Shown here one piece after another: positions 24,309-37,484 of a stretch of DNA of 64,000 bases. The DNA is from Lingula anatina (Eukaryota > Animalia > Brachiopoda). Numbering within the stretch: position 1 is the first letter of the stretch; each line of letters starts with the position of its first letter. The stretch spans positions 13,578,001 to 13,642,000 of the forward strand of contig CM120645.1 in the NCBI GenBank assembly GCA_051362555.1, in the 5' to 3' direction. Under the pieces are notes generated by a model that searched no databases, was not told the DNA's origin, and worked only from the letters and a program-made list of their open reading frames with translations. The position numbers and the translations under genes are program-made.

Positions 24309-27300
24309 TTATATCTCATTAATGCTTCTCATGCGGCTGACGGTGGACGTAGAAAACTTGTCATAAGTGTCGGCCTTGACGTCCATGTTGACATTGTTCA
24401 CTTTCTTCTTAAGGGTAGGTTCATATGAAAGGTCTTCGATGTCATGAGCTAAAAAACGATAAAATAAAATTATGAGTATAACTTTCTCAGAGTGAGTAAA
24501 TCTTTCTCAACGCATTTTAAATGAAATGATTTATACTGGAAATGAATATATCTTGGGCGTTCATGGCGTTCAAATAATGACACATATAAAATGCTGTTTT
24601 TAAAGGTGGCCAACCTTGATCAATAGATAATTATCGTACTGGTAATGTTAATTTCCTATTTTCAATCGATAAAAACTAGAATAGCTTTGACTTACCAACT
24701 TCAAATTCTTCCTTTTCTTGTCTCCTGAGGATACTGTTGTTAAGGGGTTGTATATTGGTAGCATCTTGCTGCATCTTTCCTTTAACTTTGCTTATAATTT
24801 TCTTAGCCTTGCGGACTAAGGAATCTGCAGGGAAATCGAAAAGAACTGTTAATGAAATCAGGCATAACTTTGCCTCATTAAGATTGAATTTCCTAAAATA
24901 ATCACATATACCACACTTGTATTTCATTTCCATTTCATACTTTTTTGTGGCGTCATAAGCTATAGTAGAAAATAATAAAAAGATATATAACCCAGGAAAT
25001 GTACAAGTTCAAACCCGCCAGTCTAAATTAAAACTCACCACTTCTGTTATTTTTCCTGGTCAACGGCACACTGGACTGAGCTGGACAATGACAAGGACTG
25101 GCCACCGCTCTGCTGACCACCTAAAACATACAGAATATATTACATAACTAATTTTCACATCAACGACATTTACAACAGCTAAACGTCGGTCTTTAGATCA
25201 ACTTTTTACATTCATTGTACCCAGGGCCGTAGCCTCCGGGGGGGCAGGGGGGCAGCATCCCCCCTGGAAATTGGGGTGCAAAAAAAAAAACAATCGCAAA
25301 GGTAAAAAAATAATTGCAAAGTTGGTATCAATTCTGTGAGAAAAGGCACTCATGGCCACTAGACAATCATTCAACAATCTGTTTACAAAGGTGTACTGTT
25401 TTTAGCCAACTCAGTTCATGCCAAAAAGCTCACCCTCCCTGAGGGAGCTATCCCCCAGGCCAATTGGCGTGTTGTCTTGAAAAAATGACTGTACTTATGG
25501 CAAAATGAACCCACAATTTCTGACTTCTGATTGACCAATAAATAACAGTTAAAATGCACCAGAATGCAGTATTATACATACAGTTTTTAAAAATTTCCCA
25601 CACCGTGGGAGGGGGACACCCCCTACCAAACCCTCCCCCCTCGGGGGCTTCGCCCCCTTGTGTCCGCTTACTGCCCCCCCTGGCATTTTGCTCAGGCTAC
25701 GGCCCTGGTACCTAAGATTATGATATCTAAATATATAAAAAAAGTCTGACGAACGAACGATTTGTTTTATCTCACCAAATTATTGGATAAAAGACTGTAG
25801 AATTTGAGAGCTTACAAAGTCTAAATGTCGGTCTTTAGAAAAACATTTTAAATTTTATTGTGGCAGCTAAGATAATGATATCTAAATATATTTTTAAAAA
25901 GTCTGACAGACGAATGATTTGTTTCATTTCACCAAATAATTGGATAGAAAACTATAGACATTTGCTGTTTTAATTGTTAAAACAATTTGAAATAAACACT
26001 TGAGAAATTTAAAAAAAAAATGAATATTCTATAATTTAGTTCTTCGGCATACCAAACTCTGTTGGAAAAATATTTGCCGTTCATGTAATATACTCACCAT
26101 ATTCACAGTTTCCCCGCAGTCCACCATTACTTGGATAGCCGTAGACTGGTCAACATGGTCAAAGGAATGACCGTTCACACTCAACACACGATCATTTATC
26201 CTAAAGAAAAACAACAATAAATACAGAAAATTAGTTTTGTTGTCCCCTAAATTTGACGTTTTAGAATGATAAACCAATAAGCATGTTAAATACACATTTT
26301 GAAGATGCTGCTTTCACTGCATATTGAGATTGTGAATTCATGTTAGCTTGCTAGGTGTAAGAAAAATTAACATATGTAATTCGAACTGAAACTCGCAAAT
26401 ATACATCTACTAGTTTGATCATATTGCATCAGAAGTAAAAAGGGGACTTACTTTAATTTCCCCTCAGCTGGTCCAATCTTGATGACGTCAGATATGACGA
26501 TGGAAGGATCACCATTACATGGGTTGTCATAAGCACCACTTACTGCTATACCTAACCCGACCAGACGCATCTACACAAATGAAATAAAACAAAACATGAT
26601 AATGGACATTAGGACAATGTTTTACGGGTGTTGTTACAGTTACACTTTTCAATTAGCTTAGATTTATTCTTAATAAACGTATTTTTTACAGTAAAATGTC
26701 TGAGGAAAAGCCAAAATCGGTGAATCAGAACTAAAAATTCTCAAAGTAAGTAACCTTGAGCAGCCTCAAATATATTTTCTATCCAAATCACAAGTATGTC
26801 ATTCAGTTTTAATAAATTGTGTCAATTAAACAAGCCCATGCTGAGCGTTTTGAATTAATCAACATCTTTAGTGACTGGGGTCATCTGTTGTATACCTATT
26901 TACGCTACGGTAGGCCGATAATTACATGTATCTTTTTCTTAAGGTGAGCAAAATTATGGAAATAATGTATAAATGCATTTTGAATTAATTGCAAACAACT
27001 GAACGAAATGTAATTAACAAACACTCCATGATCAACGTACCTTGGAGATCTTCACGTGATGGGTCTCCCACATAACTTCCTCTTCAACCTAGAAAAAGGA
27101 AAAGCAGATATAAAATAATATATTTGACAGTATAAAAGAGACGCACAAATGACAAAAAAATCAATTTTTAATAGAAATTTTACAATGACTAATGCCATTT
27201 GATATTTAAGTCATTGTTGGAGTAAATAATTTCCATATACAGTACACGTCCTGTTTATAAAACAATGTATCACTACATTTAAAATATTAAAATATAGAAA

Positions 27301-27433
27301 AACATTATAAATAAGTAGAGGAATAAACAACACTTCTAAAAGATATGATTCAAACACAATTTCATCAGTACTGTTATAGTAATAGTACCTGACTCTTCCC
27401 TTCTCTGACGACATTACACATCTTCAACTTCAT
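24309..27433 (-). CDS. ZO-1/TJP-like single-PDZ protein, copy 3 (221 aa)
   Basis: Exons 27433-27389, 27088-27041, 26570-26452, 26200-26098, 25120-25039, 24824-24696, 24448-24309; two separate 3-nt in-frame deletions (exons 5 and 7); ends SINEI-TAA. Confidence 0.87.
25222..25707. mobile_element. 486-bp non-autonomous DNA transposon with 14-bp TIR and 5-bp TSD, in intron 4 of copy 3
   Basis: CAGGGCCGTAGCCT...AGGCTACGGCCCTG; GTACC on both sides (25217-25221, 25708-25712); site is empty in the other four copies. Confidence 0.9.
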
Positions 27434-28309
27434 CTTTTTCTCTTGGAATATATCTTCTTAGCTAGTGAACAACTGAACTGCATACAAGGATGACAGGACA
27501 TGAACTGATAGTAGAACACACTATAAGCGTGCTTTTATAGACAAGTCACCTGTGATCTTTTGACCACGGCCGAGAGAACAAATGAAATTAACGATGATCT
27601 GTCTGATCAGGTGGCTCGTGCCGCGCGACATCAAAGGTCCGACGTGATTGTTCAATTAATAGTGTAACACAGGTACTAAATAGTTAATTGGAGTTAACTG
27701 GGTTACGGGTACCTGTTATATGAAGCCAGTTTACGGGCTATACACAGTTAATATCTTTTGTTATACTTTTATGTACTTTGATGTTAGGTTAATTCCTTTG
27801 AATAAAATATAACTGATGCCAATCATATAAAGGCTTGAAGTGAACAGGATTTGGTAACAAACATACCACTTTTTACCTCCCTCTTTGTCTTTGTGTGTAT
27901 GTGTGTGTGTGTATGTGTGTGTGTGTGTGTGTTTGCGTTTGCGTGCTCATCTACCTCTTATTTGAAGCCAGTGATGGCCATATGTAATTTTTAAATCCGT
28001 TAATCTTTTTATTACTGTGATATAAGGTCAATTTCTTTGGATGAAATTGTATCATAAATGTCAACCGTATATACATGTGGAAAGAACATAGCTTGGATAA
28101 CAAACAAACCAAACTCTCGCTCTAGAAAGAAAACGCTATTGTCCCTAAATAAATATTATTAGAGATTACTTTAATTTCTTTCATTGCTAATTTCCACTAG
28201 TATTCGAATCTATCCAAACGCCACAATAACATCAACTACTATTTTGTTAGAAAGTTGCCATTCAGAGAAGATAAATCATCGTTCAATCATATTTTTTTTT
28301 GTGAAAAAA

Positions 28310-28383
28310 AGGCCCTATTGGGAGTCGAACCCAGGATCTCCTGTTTACTAGACAGGCGCTTTAACCAACTAAGCCATAGAGCC
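28310..28383 (-). tRNA. TRNAT-AGU: tRNA-Thr(AGT), variant with a T-stem mismatch
   Basis: Two substitutions versus the first two copies: T-loop TTCGACT, and G65>A giving a C49:A65 mismatch. Confidence 0.8.
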
Positions 28384-28657
28384 GAGATGAATAAATGTAA
28401 ATAACGAAATAATAAAAAATAAAGATTAGGCAAATACAGACCCCTGTTTTACCACGTATAGCGGATGAAGATATTATTTTATGATTTGTGATCGCCGTAT
28501 ACTGCTTAAAGGAGCTCTTCCATATAGAAGAAAGGAAAATCTCAAGTTTAGCAATAACGACAAATTCAATTTAATCATGACCAACTTAGGTGAGACAGTG
28601 CTATAAAATAGTCCTTAGTTAGTACCCGAAATGTCTCTTTTGAGAAAAGGAAAAGAC

Positions 28658-28714
28658 GGGTGCGATTCTCACTGTGGGTGCGAGAGGTCCCGGATTCAAT
28701 TCACGGCCGAAGCC
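28658..28714 (+). pseudogene. 5'-truncated tRNA-Pro pseudogene
   Basis: Paralog of 15989-16045 with additional T-arm substitutions. Confidence 0.8.
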
Positions 28715-30844
28715 TATTCTTGTTCCTCTAATGTTGTAATTTAGCGATCATGGTGGGTAAAATAGTGAGAAAAGTACCTACCGTGATATATGACCTAAAT
28801 ATTTAAGCTTCCAATAACAATAACATTCAGCTTCGATTATTATAAGTTTAATTAGGTATTGAATGTCATAACATATCAAAATTCTCAATAAATTTCCCGT
28901 GGTCATCATTTTTTAGGGTAAGTGAAAGAAGTATCTATGAAATCTCGTTAGCCATTGTAACCTCTGTCTCCGTTTTTTCTCTTCTGAATGATCTCGAGCA
29001 TACGACATGCTTCGACTGGTGAAGAAAGAAAAACAAAGAATCACTCCCCAGATATGCTTAACAACAGATATTCATCGCGGACCTTCGCGTGTCAAGCACA
29101 CCACACGGCTCCAGTTTCAGCGATTACTATAGATGGCAAGATTTTGCAATAAAAACATACTCAAATACAAATATTTTTTATATAAATATCACAGAGGATA
29201 GAACAAAAATTTTGAAAACACTTATATCCATTTTTGTCCCGAAAAAAGAAACAGACAGCATAGTTTAAATGGGGAAATATTAATACTGGAATCTCATTAA
29301 CGAGTAAGTTATCATTAAAAAAAAAAAAAAAAACCAATATATCGAATTAATCAAATGAAAAAGCCGAAGGTTAAGACGAGGAATAAAATGGTTGCCAAAA
29401 AGATTTCAAGTTTCCAGTGTTTGGTATTGCAATTTTTATCGACGTGATCAGTGCAAATTGTACAAATGTTTCAATAAAGTGTTAATACATGGTGACTGGC
29501 AGATAAACATGGAATCGGTTTTATTTGCGGGATGTGGAACGCGGCATTCCAGGCACGTAGCCAATTATTGCAATAGGGTGAATCTTTTTTTTTTCTGTAA
29601 ATGTGGACCTTTTTTCATGAAACCTAAGTTTACTTTAATTAATTTTAATCATAGTTGAACTTTCCCCTACAAAAAGGGCGATTTTTAAACCTCCAACATC
29701 CCCCCCCCTCCGGTGCAAGCCTGCGTTAGCTTGCATCATTAAATATAACAAAGATGACTAGACAGTGTTACTGTCAAAATACTTATCCCATTGTAAGATG
29801 TTTAATTGGGTATTATCAATAAACTTTAAATGAATATAATTTATCCTTTAGGCTGATATCGTATGTTCGGCTTCAGATTAAAAATACAAAAATGACGTCA
29901 AATAAATATATATATATCATTTATTTAACAAACAAAAACATAACAAGCGCACTTTGGTCTTCATCTTACCAAATCAGAGAAAACGAACACTGTTAGGAAT
30001 CTACTCAATAGAAAACAGTGAAGTCAGCTTTAACAGTAGTTATCCTCGCGTATATCAATTCAAAACAAATTGGTAGGAATGCCAGCATTCACAGTGGTAC
30101 AAATAATATTGGCGAAAATTGCTCAGCTCCTTGGGTTCTTATACTTTATAAAGATCACATTCCAAGATTATCAATCTAAGTCTATCAAATTGAAGGCGTG
30201 AAAGCGATGAAGCATTCATGTACGAGTCACAAATGATTCAAGGACTTGGCTCTTGACATGAGTGGGAAATATTGCTGCATGTTTGTCACAGACATTACAC
30301 GTGTCTTAGAAATATCAGTGTGGAATTGATCTCTTCCGACAGATTCCCGTCACACTCTGGCGTCTGTTGAGGAATGTCTGGCCTCGCATCACTGAAATAT
30401 AGAACATATATTTAAAGAAAAGTTTTAACGTACGGTTTGATTTTTCCGAAAGAATAATATGATGGAACTATTGACATGAATACATAAAAATGAAATCCTC
30501 CAACTGGCAACTATTAACACAAAGAAACATTAACAATTTAAGGCATGGAATAATTGACAGCTTTCATTATGTTTAAACACTGACAATGAAGGATACCGTA
30601 CCGATATATCAAAAACAAAATTTGAAACGTTCATGAAAAATGTTAATAAAACATTATTCGACATATTTCGTTTTATTATTTAATATCCTAAATTTAATTA
30701 GGTACTTTTATACTTACAATTATCTTCAGTATCTTGTCTGTCTTAATCCTAATCATATGAAGATGTGCCGAGACCCGCTCCCACATTTTCCCCTCTAAGA
30801 GGTCTAGACGACTTAGATGCGAGGTGTTCGTATAGTGGTCGACA

Positions 30845-33398
30845 TTATATCTCATTAATGCTTCTTCTCATGCGGCTGACGGTGGACGTAGAAAACTTGT
30901 CACAAGTGTCGGCCTTAGTGTCCGTGTTGACGTTGTTCACTTTCTTCTTAAGGGTAGGTTCATATGACAGGTCTTCGAGTTCATGAGCTGAAAAAACGAT
31001 AAAATAAAATTATGAGTATAACTTTCTCAGAGTTAGTAAAATTTATATCTTTGTCAACGCATTTTTAAATGAAATGATTTATACTGGAAAATGAATATAT
31101 CTTGGGCCTTCATGGCGTTCAAATAATGACACATTTAAAATGCTGTTTTTAAAGGTGACCAACCTTGATCAATAGATAATATCGTACTGGTAATGTTTAT
31201 TTCCTATTTTCAACCGATTAAAACCAGAATAGCTTTGACTTACCAACTTCTGATTCTTCCTTTTCTTGTCTTCTGTGGATACTATTGTTAAGGGGTTGTC
31301 TATTGGTAGCATCTTGCTGCATCTTTCCTTTGACTTTGCTTATCACTTTCTTAGCCTTGCGGACTAAAGAATCTGAAGAGAATGCGAAAAGAACTGTAAA
31401 TGAAATCAGGTATAACTTTATCTCATTAAGATTTATTTCCTCCCAATCACATCTCACAAACTTGTATTTTTATTTTTATTTTCATTTTCTTATTTTTACC
31501 TTTTCTTTGGCGTCATTAGCAATACTACAAAATAATGAAAAGAAATATGACCCAGATAATGTACAATTCCAAAGCCGTCAATCTAAATAAAAACTCACCA
31601 CTTCTTTTATTCTTCCCGGTCACTGACACACTGGACTGAGCAAGGACTGCTGGACAAGGACTGACCACCGGTCTGCTGACCACCTAAAACATGTAGAATA
31701 CATATAACGTTAACATAACAGCAACTCAACTTATTTTTACATTAACGGCATTTACAACATCTAAAGGTCGGTCTTTAGATCAACATTTTACATTTCATTG
31801 TAGTAGCTGAGAGTATGATTTCTACATAAATAAATAAAAGTCTGACACACGAACGATTTGTTTTATTTCACCAAATTATCGGGTAAATTACTAAAGACGT
31901 TTGTTCTATTTAAACAATTCGAGGTATTCAACAAATTAAATGACATTGTTCTTTGGTATCGAAATTTGTTGTTTAGATATTTGCCGTTCATGTAATATAC
32001 TCACCATATTCACAGTTTCCCCGCAGTCCACCATTACTTGGATAACCGTAGACTGGTCAACATGGTCAAAGGAGTGACCGTTCACACTCAACACACGATC
32101 ATTTATCCTAAAGAAAAACAAATACAAATACAGACAATTAGTTTTATTGTCCCCTGAATATGACATTTTAAAATGATAAAGCAATAAGCATGTTAAATAC
32201 GCATGTTAAAAATTCTATTTTCACTGCACATTGAGATTGTGAATTGATATCACCTGAAGAGCTAGCTAGGTGTGGGAGAAATTCACATATGTAACTCGCA
32301 CTGAAACTCGCAAATACACACCTACTACTTTGATCATATTGCATTAGAAGTAAAAATACAGAGTGACTTACTTTAGTTTTCCCTCAGCTGGTCCAATCTT
32401 GATGACGTCAGATATGACAATGGAAGGATCACCATTACATGGGTTGTCATAACCACCACTTACTGCTATACCAAACCCAACCAGACGCACCTACACAAAT
32501 AAAATAAAAAAAAACATGATCATGGATATCTGGGGAAAGTTTTAGGGGTTGTTTCAGTTACACTGTTCAACTTGCTAAAATTTATTCATTACAAACTTAT
32601 TAACTATAAAATGTTCGAAATCTAAAGAAAAACCAGCCAAAATCGGTGAAACAGAACTAAAAATTCTCAGAGTCAGTACATTTAAGCAGCCTAAAAAAGA
32701 ATATACTTTCTATCCAAATCACACGTATGTCATTCAGCTTTAATAAATTGTGACAATTAAACAAATCAATGCTGAGCGTTTTGAATTAATTAATAGCATC
32801 GTGAGTGACTGAGGTCATCTGTTGTATACCTATATACACTACGATAGGCCGATAATTACAGGTTTCTTTTTCTTAAAGTGAGCAAAATTATGGAAATAAT
32901 GTATAAATGTATTTTAATTAATTGCAAACAACTTAAGGAAATCGAATTAACAAACACTCCATGATTAGCGTACCTTGGAGATCTTCACGTGATGAGTCTC
33001 CCACAAAACTTCCTCTTCAACCTAGAAAAAGGAAAAACATAAATAAAAATAATATATTTGACAAGACGCACAAATGACAAAAATCAATTTTTAATAGAAA
33101 TTTTACAACGACTAGTGCTATTTAATATTTAAGTCATTGTTGAAGTAAATAATTTTCATATACAGTACACGTTTTGTTTATAAAACAATGCTTCACTGAA
33201 TTAAAGATATTAAATGTATATTTGGGGAAATACATTATAAATAAGTAGACGAATAAATAACACATCTAAAAGATAAGATTTAAACCCCTAAACTACACGG
33301 GTAACGCTGGTATTTGACACACAATTTGATCAGTACTGTTATAGTAATAGTACCTGACTCTTCTCTTCTCTCACAACATTACACATCTTCAACTTCAT
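30845..33398 (-). CDS. ZO-1/TJP-like single-PDZ protein, copy 4 (223 aa)
   Basis: Exons 33398-33354, 33021-32974, 32490-32372, 32107-32005, 31683-31599, 31372-31244, 30987-30845; open frame; carboxylate-binding loop reads VGFGI in this copy. Confidence 0.88.
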
Positions 33399-33875
33399 CT
33401 TTATCTCTTGGAATATCTCTTCTTAACTAGTGAACAACTGAACTGCATACAAGGATGACAGGACATGAACTGATGGTAGAACACACTACAAGCGTGCTTT
33501 TATAGACAAGTCACCTGTGATCTTTTGATCACGGCAGAAAGAACAAATGAAATTAACGATGATCTGTCTGATCAGGTGGCTCGTGCCGCGCGACATCAAA
33601 GGCCCGACGTGATTGTTCAATTAATAGTGTAAACAGGTAGTACACTGTTGATTGGAGTTAACTGGGTTACGTGTACCTGTTAAATGAAGCCAGTTAACAG
33701 GCTATGGATAGATCATCTCTATTGTTATACTTTTATGTACTTTGATGTTAGGTTAATTCCTTTGAATAAAAATTAACTTAGCAATCATATAAAAAAAAAC
33801 TTTACCCCCCCCCCCCCTCGTGTGTCTCTCTCTCTCTCTCTACCTGTTAAATGAAGCCAGTGGACAGGCTATATA

Positions 33876-34032
33876 GCGAGTTTTGGGGCCGACGGTTCAT
33901 TGGTTCGAAGGCTTGATAGTCCGAATTAATGCATGGATAAAGTGTATAGTTTACTGGTAATAAAGCAAACTTCATCATACGCGGGTACAAACGATTTTCC
34001 GACCAATAAACCTTCGGATTATCGAGACGACC
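33876..34032. mobile_element. Small insertion with inverted subterminal repeats, splitting a duplicated promoter segment
   Basis: ttggttcgaagg/tagtccgaa at the left mirror ccgaccaa/ccttcggatta at the right; the flanks join to reproduce 33674-33770. Confidence 0.45.
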
Positions 34033-34367
34033 CAGTTTATCTCATTTATTATACTTTTAGTACTTTAATGTTAGGTCAATTCCTTTGAATGAAAGTATAT
34101 AACTATAATGTCAACCATACATGTATATGCGTCTAGAATGAACAAATCTTGGATAACAAGCAAACCAAACTCTCTATCTGTCTCTCTTTACAGAAAGAAA
34201 ACTTTATTGTCCCTAAATAAACATTAAAGTTATTTTAATTTCTTTAATTGCTGAATTTCTGAAAGCGCAAATATCACGAGAACATCAACTTTTAGGTTGT
34301 TAGAAAATTGCCATTGTTGTAAGAAGATAAGTCATCGGACAATCTTATTTCTTTGTTATGAATAAAA

Positions 34368-34441
34368 AGACCCTGCCGGGATCCGAACCCAGAATTTCCT
34401 GCTCATTAGACAGGGGCTTTAACCAACTAAGCCATATAGCC
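34368..34441 (-). pseudogene. tRNA-Thr-derived pseudogene with anticodon changed to AAT
   Basis: Reverse complement GGCTATATGGCTTAGTTGGTTAAAGCCCCTGTCTAATGAGCAGGAAATTCTGGGTTCGGATCCCGGCAGGGTCT; two acceptor-stem mismatches and A58>G in the B box. Confidence 0.85.
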
Positions 34442-34729
34442 GAGCTTCGAACAATTAGAATAAAATAATAAAAATATTAAAAATAAAAATAAAAAAGATT
34501 AAACAGCTACATGTACCTGTTTTGCTACGGCAAGTATAGCTCATGACGATATCATGTTATGGCTTGTGATCACTGTATACTGCTTAAAGGAGCTCTTCCA
34601 AACAGTAGAAAGGAAAATGTCAAGTTAAACAATAACGACAAATGCAATTTAATGATAAGCAACTTCTATAAAATAGTCTTAAATAAGTACCCGAAATGTC
34701 TCTTTTGAGAAAAGAAAAAGAAGATATAC

Positions 34730-34786
34730 GGGTTGGATTCTCTCTGGGTGTGCGGGAGGTCTTGGGTTCAATTCCCACACAATCCC
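34730..34786 (+). pseudogene. Degenerate tRNA-Pro pseudogene
   Basis: gggttggattctctctgggtgtgcgggaggtcttgggttcaattcccacacaatccc at the orthologous position. Confidence 0.7.
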
Positions 34787-34966
34787 TTTTCTTCTTCCTC
34801 TACTCTTGTACTTTAGCGATGGAAGTAGATAAAAATAATGAGGAATGTACCCATTCGTGATAAAGACCAATCATATTTTTTAAAAAGCTATCAAAAGACT
34901 TCGATTCTAATTACTAAAATTAGGTATGTTGGTATATATCAAAGTTCTTATAAATTTTCCGTGGCC

Positions 34967-34998
<32 letters not shown>

Positions 34999-35284
34999 AA
35001 AGAAGTATCCATAAAATCCCGTTAGCCATTGTTCACTATGTCTTTATTTTTCTTAGCTGAACCTTCTCGAGTATACGATATATTATTTGATTATACAACG
35101 GAGATTAAACGGTTATTTGATATACAACGGAGATTAAATGTGTGTCTTCGGTTGTCTTCGCGTATCAAGCACACCACAGGGCTTCAGTTTCAGCGATTGA
35201 TTAAGTATGGGTATTTGCAGTATTACTGTAGATAGCAAGAGTAATTTTGCATGCAATATAAACATCTTTTAATACATTACATAA

Positions 35285-35540
35285 GAGACCATTCCCACAC
35301 CCTATCGTACTAACTTTGGATCGAACTATCTCCAAGGGGATTCTCGCTTAATTGTATCTAACTTAAACGGTTAAGATGTCTGTCACGCCTACTGAAGCTG
35401 ATAGGGGGTAATTAACTATCGTTTAGCAACTTAAGTAGGCACCCCAGACATCTAAGCCGCTTAAGCTGAAAGCAATTTAGCGAAAACCCCAGTGGAGATC
35501 GCCCGATCCTGTGAGATTGATCAAGGGTTTGAAACCCAGT
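35285..35540. mobile_element. Diverged MITE of the 9859/11785 family, unit 5 only
   Basis: Shares gatgtctgtcacgcctactgaagctg...gtaattaact...agtaggc...cagacatct core; taa at the left flank. Confidence 0.7.
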
Positions 35541-36224
35541 CAAAGTAAACATCAGAGATGATAGCACAAAAAAAGCGTAAGCACCTTTTTCCATAGTGGC
35601 CCCGAAAAATGAAGCAAGACATCATAGGTTAAAGGGCAAAATGCTAATACTGGAATTACATTAATGAGTCAATTATCATTAAACAAAAAGAGAAAGAATA
35701 GCACCAAATGGAATTAATAAAATGAGATAGCTGAAGGTTGAGACGAGGAATAAAATGATAACCAAATAGCGTCCAAGTTTCCAGTGTTTGATGTTGCAAA
35801 CTACTAAATAAAGTGTTACTAGATGGTGGCTTGTAGAAAATCGTGGAATCAGTTTAATTTGCACGCTCTGGAACGTGGCTTCCCAGGCCCGTAGTCAGCA
35901 ATTGCAAAAGAGGGGTTTTCTACTGAAAATGTGGACCTTTTGTCATGAGACTTTAGTTTACATGAATGACATATGACATTTAACCATAGCGAACCTTTTT
36001 TACTGCAGAAAGGGGGTTCTTTTGAACCCCCGAATCCCCCTTCCCCCCCCCTCCCCCCCCCCCCCCGCCCCGGCTACCGTGTTACTGTCTAAATCAGTTA
36101 CTGTTACATAGCCTATCACATATTATATTATCCCATTTTAACATGTTTACAGGGGTATTATGCTTTTTTAAAAAACTTTTTGTATAATCCATAAGGCTGA
36201 TATCGTATTATACATGTATACGTC

Positions 36225-36450
36225 AAATATCACGCCTCAGTTGCAGGAGTAGAAGTTAGTTACAACAATACAATGCAAAGAATGTTATACTAAGCCGATG
36301 TTCTTACGCAAAGTTGCCGCCTGTATAAGGTGCGATCTACAACCGATGGTTTAGCTATGGAAGAAAATATATTTGAGGAGACGCGTAGCTGTGCTGTCTT
36401 ACATGATTAACCCACAGCTAAAGAACTTATGATTAGTACACGTATTTGAG
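36225..36450 (+). pseudogene. Second fragment of the decayed kinase (C-lobe)
   Basis: Single frame KYHAS...*ADVLTQSCRLYKV...ENIFEETRSCAVLHD*PTAKELMIS; nucleotide and peptide homology to 10780-10865. Confidence 0.45.
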
Positions 36451-37484
36451 ACTAATCTACTGCTATGATTTAACTTTGATGAATTTGTTGATATCAAACT
36501 ACTACGATACTTAGATCAGTTGGAATGGCTGAAGACAGGGATTAAAAGTACAAGACTGATGTCAAATACATATAAAATTTATTTAACAAACAAAAACACA
36601 ACAAGTGCGCCGTGGACTTCATCTTACGAAATCAAAGAAAACGAACACAGCCACGAATCTACTCAATAGAAAACAATGAAGTCAGCTTTAACAGTAATTA
36701 TCCTCGCGCATATAAATTCAAAACAAGTTGGTAGGAATGCCAGCATTCGCCACTGTACAAATTATATTGGCGAAAATTGCTCAGTTTCTTGGGTTCTTTT
36801 TCTTTATAAAGATCACACTAAATTCGGTAACATTTCCAGATTATCAATCTAAGTCTTTCAAACTGAAGTCGTGAAAGCGATGAAGAATTCACGTACGTGA
36901 ATGGTTCAACGACTTGGCCTTTCATCTGACTGGGAAATACTGGTGCACGTATATCACAAACATTGCACGGGTCTTGGATATATCAGTGTGGTTGTGGTCT
37001 CTTCCGACAGATTCAAACCATTGCGTCAAAAGAATGATGTGTGTCCGTGAATAACTGAAACGTGGAAAATGTACTTTAAGACGCGGTTCTATATTTGAAG
37101 GAAATATTTACATGAATACATAACATATCGTATTCTTCATCTGGCAACTATTGATAGAAAGAAACTTATTTGCAATTCTATGTATTATATATTTGACTTT
37201 TTACATTATTGAATAACACTAACAATAAAGAAGGATACCGTACCGATATATCAAAAACGACTGTGAAACGCTCATGAAACAATGTTAATAAAATAGTATT
37301 CGACTAATTTCGTTTTATTATTTAATATCCTTAATTTTATTATGTACTTTTATACTTACAATTACTTCAGTATCTTGTCTGTCTTAATCCTAATCATGTG
37401 GAGATGTGCCGAGACCCGCTCCCACATTTCCCCTCTGTGAGGTCCAGACGACTTAGATGCGAGGTGTTCGTATAGTGGTTGACA

